Assembly: GCA_965116905.1 (NCBI GenBank) | Contig: OZ220732.1 | Span: forward strand, 2,944,001-3,008,000 | Origin: Longimicrobiales bacterium | Lineage (GTDB): Bacteria > Gemmatimonadota > Gemmatimonadetes > Longimicrobiales > Gaopeijiaceae | Length of the DNA: 64,000 bases | Direction: 5' to 3' | In this document: positions 61,520 through 64,000 of the stretch, in pieces | Numbering within the stretch: position 1 is the first letter of the stretch | How the letters are laid out: each line of letters opens with the position of its first letter | Made by a program: the position numbers and the translations under genes | Notes under the pieces: generated by a model | Told to the model about the DNA's origin: nothing | The model's database searches: none | What the model saw: the letters and a program-made list of their open reading frames with translations, nothing else

Positions 61520-62344
61520 CTAGCCGCTCGCCGCCGCCACCCTGGCCTCGCCCTTTTCGCCCTTTGCCTCGCCCGCCGGTCCCAGGCTGGCCTTCAACGC
61601 TTCCATGAGATCGATGATCTTGGTCTCGGGTTCGTCCTGCGGCGCGAGCGTGATCTGCTCGCCCTCGATCTTGCGGTCGATCAGCGCCTGCACCCGTTCC
61701 TTGACCTCGTCCCGGTAGCGGCCGGGATCGAACGCCTCGCTCGCGGCCTGCTCGATGAACTGCCTGGCCAGAGCCAGCTCCGCGTCGCTCACGTCGCCCT
61801 TCTCGACGGGCACCTCGTCGAACGACCGCACCTCGTCGGGGTAGTAGAGCTGCTCCAGGATCAGTCCGTCGTCCAGCGGGCGGATCATGACCAGCCGCTG
61901 CTTGCCCCGCGCCGAATAGCGTGCGATCGCCACCCTTTCCATCTCCCTGAGCGCGACCGACAGGAGGCGGTAGGCCCGGGCGCCGCCCCGGGCGGGGCCC
62001 AGATAGTAGGCGCGCTCCAGGTAGACTCTGTCGATGTCGCGCGCGGGAACGAATTCCGTGATCTCGATCATCTCGGTGGACTGGGCCTCGATCGCCTTGA
62101 GTTCGTCCGGCTCGAAGGTGACATATTGGTTCTTGGCGAACTCGAACCCCTTGACCAGCTGGTCGCGCTCCACCGGTTCTCCGCTTTGTCCGTCCACGTA
62201 CTGGTACTTGACGCGCGAGCCCGTCTCGCGATTGATCCAGTTGAAGCGCACCTTGGCGGAGGACTGGCCGGTCGAATAGAGCTTGACCGGGAGCGAGACG
62301 AGACCGAACGAGACGGTCGAGGCGGAGATCGGGCGGGCGCTCAT
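61520..62344 (-). CDS. ku: NHEJ DNA-end-binding protein Ku
   Basis: SFGLVSLPVKLY, LVKGFE, YYLGP, YPDEVR, IIDLMEALKASL. Confidence 0.96.
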   Translation of the reverse strand: MSARPISASTVSFGLVSLPVKLYSTGQSSAKVRFNWINRETGSRVKYQYVDGQSGEPVERDQLVKGFEFAKNQYVTFEPDELKAIEAQSTEMIEITEFVPARDIDRVYLERAYYLGPARGGARAYRLLSVALREMERVAIARYSARGKQRLVMIRPLDDGLILEQLYYPDEVRSFDEVPVEKGDVSDAELALARQFIEQAASEAFDPGRYRDEVKERVQALIDRKIEGEQITLAPQDEPETKIIDLMEALKASLGPAGEAKGEKGEARVAAASG

Positions 62345-62382
62345 GCCGATAACGTACAAACATATGATCCCCAGGTCCAACG

Positions 62383-64000
62383 ATGTCTGACGGTCCCGCC
62401 GAGCCGCCTGTCGGCCGGGGGAAGCCGGGCCCCGAGCGGCTCGAGGACTACCGGGCCAAGCGTTCGGCGTCGGGAACGAGTGAGCCGTTCGGCGGGGCGA
62501 CCGAGGGGGGCAGCAGCCGTTTCGTGGTGCAGAAGCACCGGGCATCGTCGCTGCACTGGGACCTCCGCCTGGAGATGGACGGCGTACTCGTGTCCTGGGC
62601 GGTGCCCCGGGGACCTTCACCCAATCAGTCCGACAAGCGGCTGGCGGTCCACGTCGAGGACCATCCCCTGGAATACGCCGATTTCGAGGGCGTGATACCG
62701 GAGGGGAACTACGGCGCGGGACCTTCGATCGTGTGGGACAGGGGGGTGTGGACGCCGGTCGAGAATCCGCGAGAGGGAATGAGGAAGGGCAAGCTGCTCT
62801 TCGACCTGAAGGGGTACAAGCTGCGCGGCCGCTGGACCCTGGTGAAGACCAAGGGCGGAGCGGACAATCACTGGCTGCTGATCAAGGAACGCGACGCCTA
62901 CGAGGACCCGGACGGGAGCACCGGAGGCTACGCGGACGATTCCATCCTGTCGGGGCTGACGGTGGACGAACTCGGTGCCGGCGGGGACTTCGGAGCACGC
63001 ATCCGGGAGCGGTGCGCGGACGCTGGAGCCACGGCCGGCAAGGTGGCCGCGGATTCCGTGCGCGTCATGAATGCGGAGGCGCGCGACAGGCCCTTCTCGC
63101 GCCCGGGCTGGGTCTTCGAGATCAAGTACGACGGATACAGGCTGCTCGGCGACAGCGGCGACGGCGAGGCGAAGCTGATCTCACGGAACGGCAACGACCT
63201 CACCCCGGTCTTTCCGGAGGTCGCGCAGGTGCTGGCAAAGCTGCCCTACGCCGCCACGCTGATCGACGGAGAGGTCGTGGTGAACGGGCCCGACGGGATC
63301 CCGAGCTTTCAGCTGATTCAGAAGCGCGGCCGGCTGCAGCGCTCGCGCGACATCGCGGTGGCCTGCGTCACGCTGCCCGCGACGTACTACGCGTTCGACC
63401 TGCTGGCCTTCGAGGGATACGACCTGCGGGGACTGCCACTGCTCGAGCGCAAGGCGATCCTGCGGGAGGTCCTGCCGTCCACCGGTCCGCTGCGCTACTC
63501 GGACCACATCCCCGAGCAGGGCGAAGCGATGTACAACCACGTCGTGGACCTCGGGCTGGAGGGTGTGGTGGCCAAGAGGGCCGACTCGATCTACGTCGGC
63601 GGACGCAGCCGCTCGTGGCTGAAGGTGCGGGCCACGCACACCGCCGACTTCGTCATTCATGGCTTCACCGAGCCGGACGAGGGGAGAACCGGCTTCGGAG
63701 CCCTGCACCTGGCGTGGCGGGAAGAGGATGGCTTCGTCTATGCCGGGCGCGTGGGGACGGGGTTTTCGGCCGAATTGCTTCGGGAACTCGGCGAGGCGCT
63801 GAGGGAGCTTCCGGAGGCGCCTCCGCCAACGGGCGCCGGGGCGGCGGGCAGCGGCAACCACCGCTGGGTCGCTCCCGAACTGGTCGCGGAGGTGCGGTAC
63901 AAGGAAACCACCGACGCGGGCGTGCTGCGGCACCCTTCCTTCCTGCGGCTGCGCGACGACAAGCCGCCCGAGGAGTGCGTCGCCACCGCCGCCGGCCGCC
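62383..64000 (+). CDS. ligD: DNA ligase D (phosphoesterase and ligase domains; runs off the window)
   Basis: Manual translation: LEDYRAKR, FVVQKHRASSLHWDLRLE, SWAVPRGP, EDHPLEY, then EIKYDGYR, EGVVAKR, LRHPSF. Confidence 0.95.
   Translation, partial: MSDGPAEPPVGRGKPGPERLEDYRAKRSASGTSEPFGGATEGGSSRFVVQKHRASSLHWDLRLEMDGVLVSWAVPRGPSPNQSDKRLAVHVEDHPLEYADFEGVIPEGNYGAGPSIVWDRGVWTPVENPREGMRKGKLLFDLKGYKLRGRWTLVKTKGGADNHWLLIKERDAYEDPDGSTGGYADDSILSGLTVDELGAGGDFGARIRERCADAGATAGKVAADSVRVMNAEARDRPFSRPGWVFEIKYDGYRLLGDSGDGEAKLISRNGNDLTPVFPEVAQVLAKLPYAATLIDGEVVVNGPDGIPSFQLIQKRGRLQRSRDIAVACVTLPATYYAFDLLAFEGYDLRGLPLLERKAILREVLPSTGPLRYSDHIPEQGEAMYNHVVDLGLEGVVAKRADSIYVGGRSRSWLKVRATHTADFVIHGFTEPDEGRTGFGALHLAWREEDGFVYAGRVGTGFSAELLRELGEALRELPEAPPPTGAGAAGSGNHRWVAPELVAEVRYKETTDAGVLRHPSFLRLRDDKPPEECVATAAGR

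Overview
High-GC bacterial chromosomal window. The 16S sequence and gene content suggest Gemmatimonadota or a related FCB-group diderm (my impression, not a computed placement). It has four parts. (1) 1-6.3 kb: a cusCBA-type Cu(I)/Ag(I) efflux operon preceded by a small CutF/CruR-like leader ORF. (2) 6.3-20.2 kb: an accessory patchwork of envelope and secreted genes: beta-barrels, an ABC-permease/M1-peptidase fusion, a beta-propeller lipoprotein, a methyltransferase, a 5'-truncated serpin, a GT87-like glycosyltransferase and a frameshifted DUF547 gene. (3) 20.3-59.3 kb: one minus-strand core run: tRNA-His, a solitary 16S rRNA gene, era, porV-like, prfB (programmed frameshift), lysS, lolC/E-lolD, mcsA-mcsB-clpC, bamA-skp-lpxD-lpxC/fabZ-lpxA-gnnA-like-lpxB-lpxK, rlmH, a methyltransferase, bshC, murJ, uvrC, TPR genes, tRNA-Gly, DUF512, der, plsY, gpsA, MerR, surE and DUF368. 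(4) 59.5-64 kb: a serine hydrolase, tRNA-Arg and a divergent ku/ligD pair. I found no CRISPR array, integrase or transposase. Best leads: a baseplate-J-like domain inserted in the DUF368 lipid-carrier translocase; a probable copper-sensing arrest peptide with an SD-sequestering hairpin ahead of cusC; an unlinked 16S gene that keeps its processing stem and is followed by era; and an NmbA-like methyltransferase beside bshC. All family calls come from motif recognition by eye; no searches were run.
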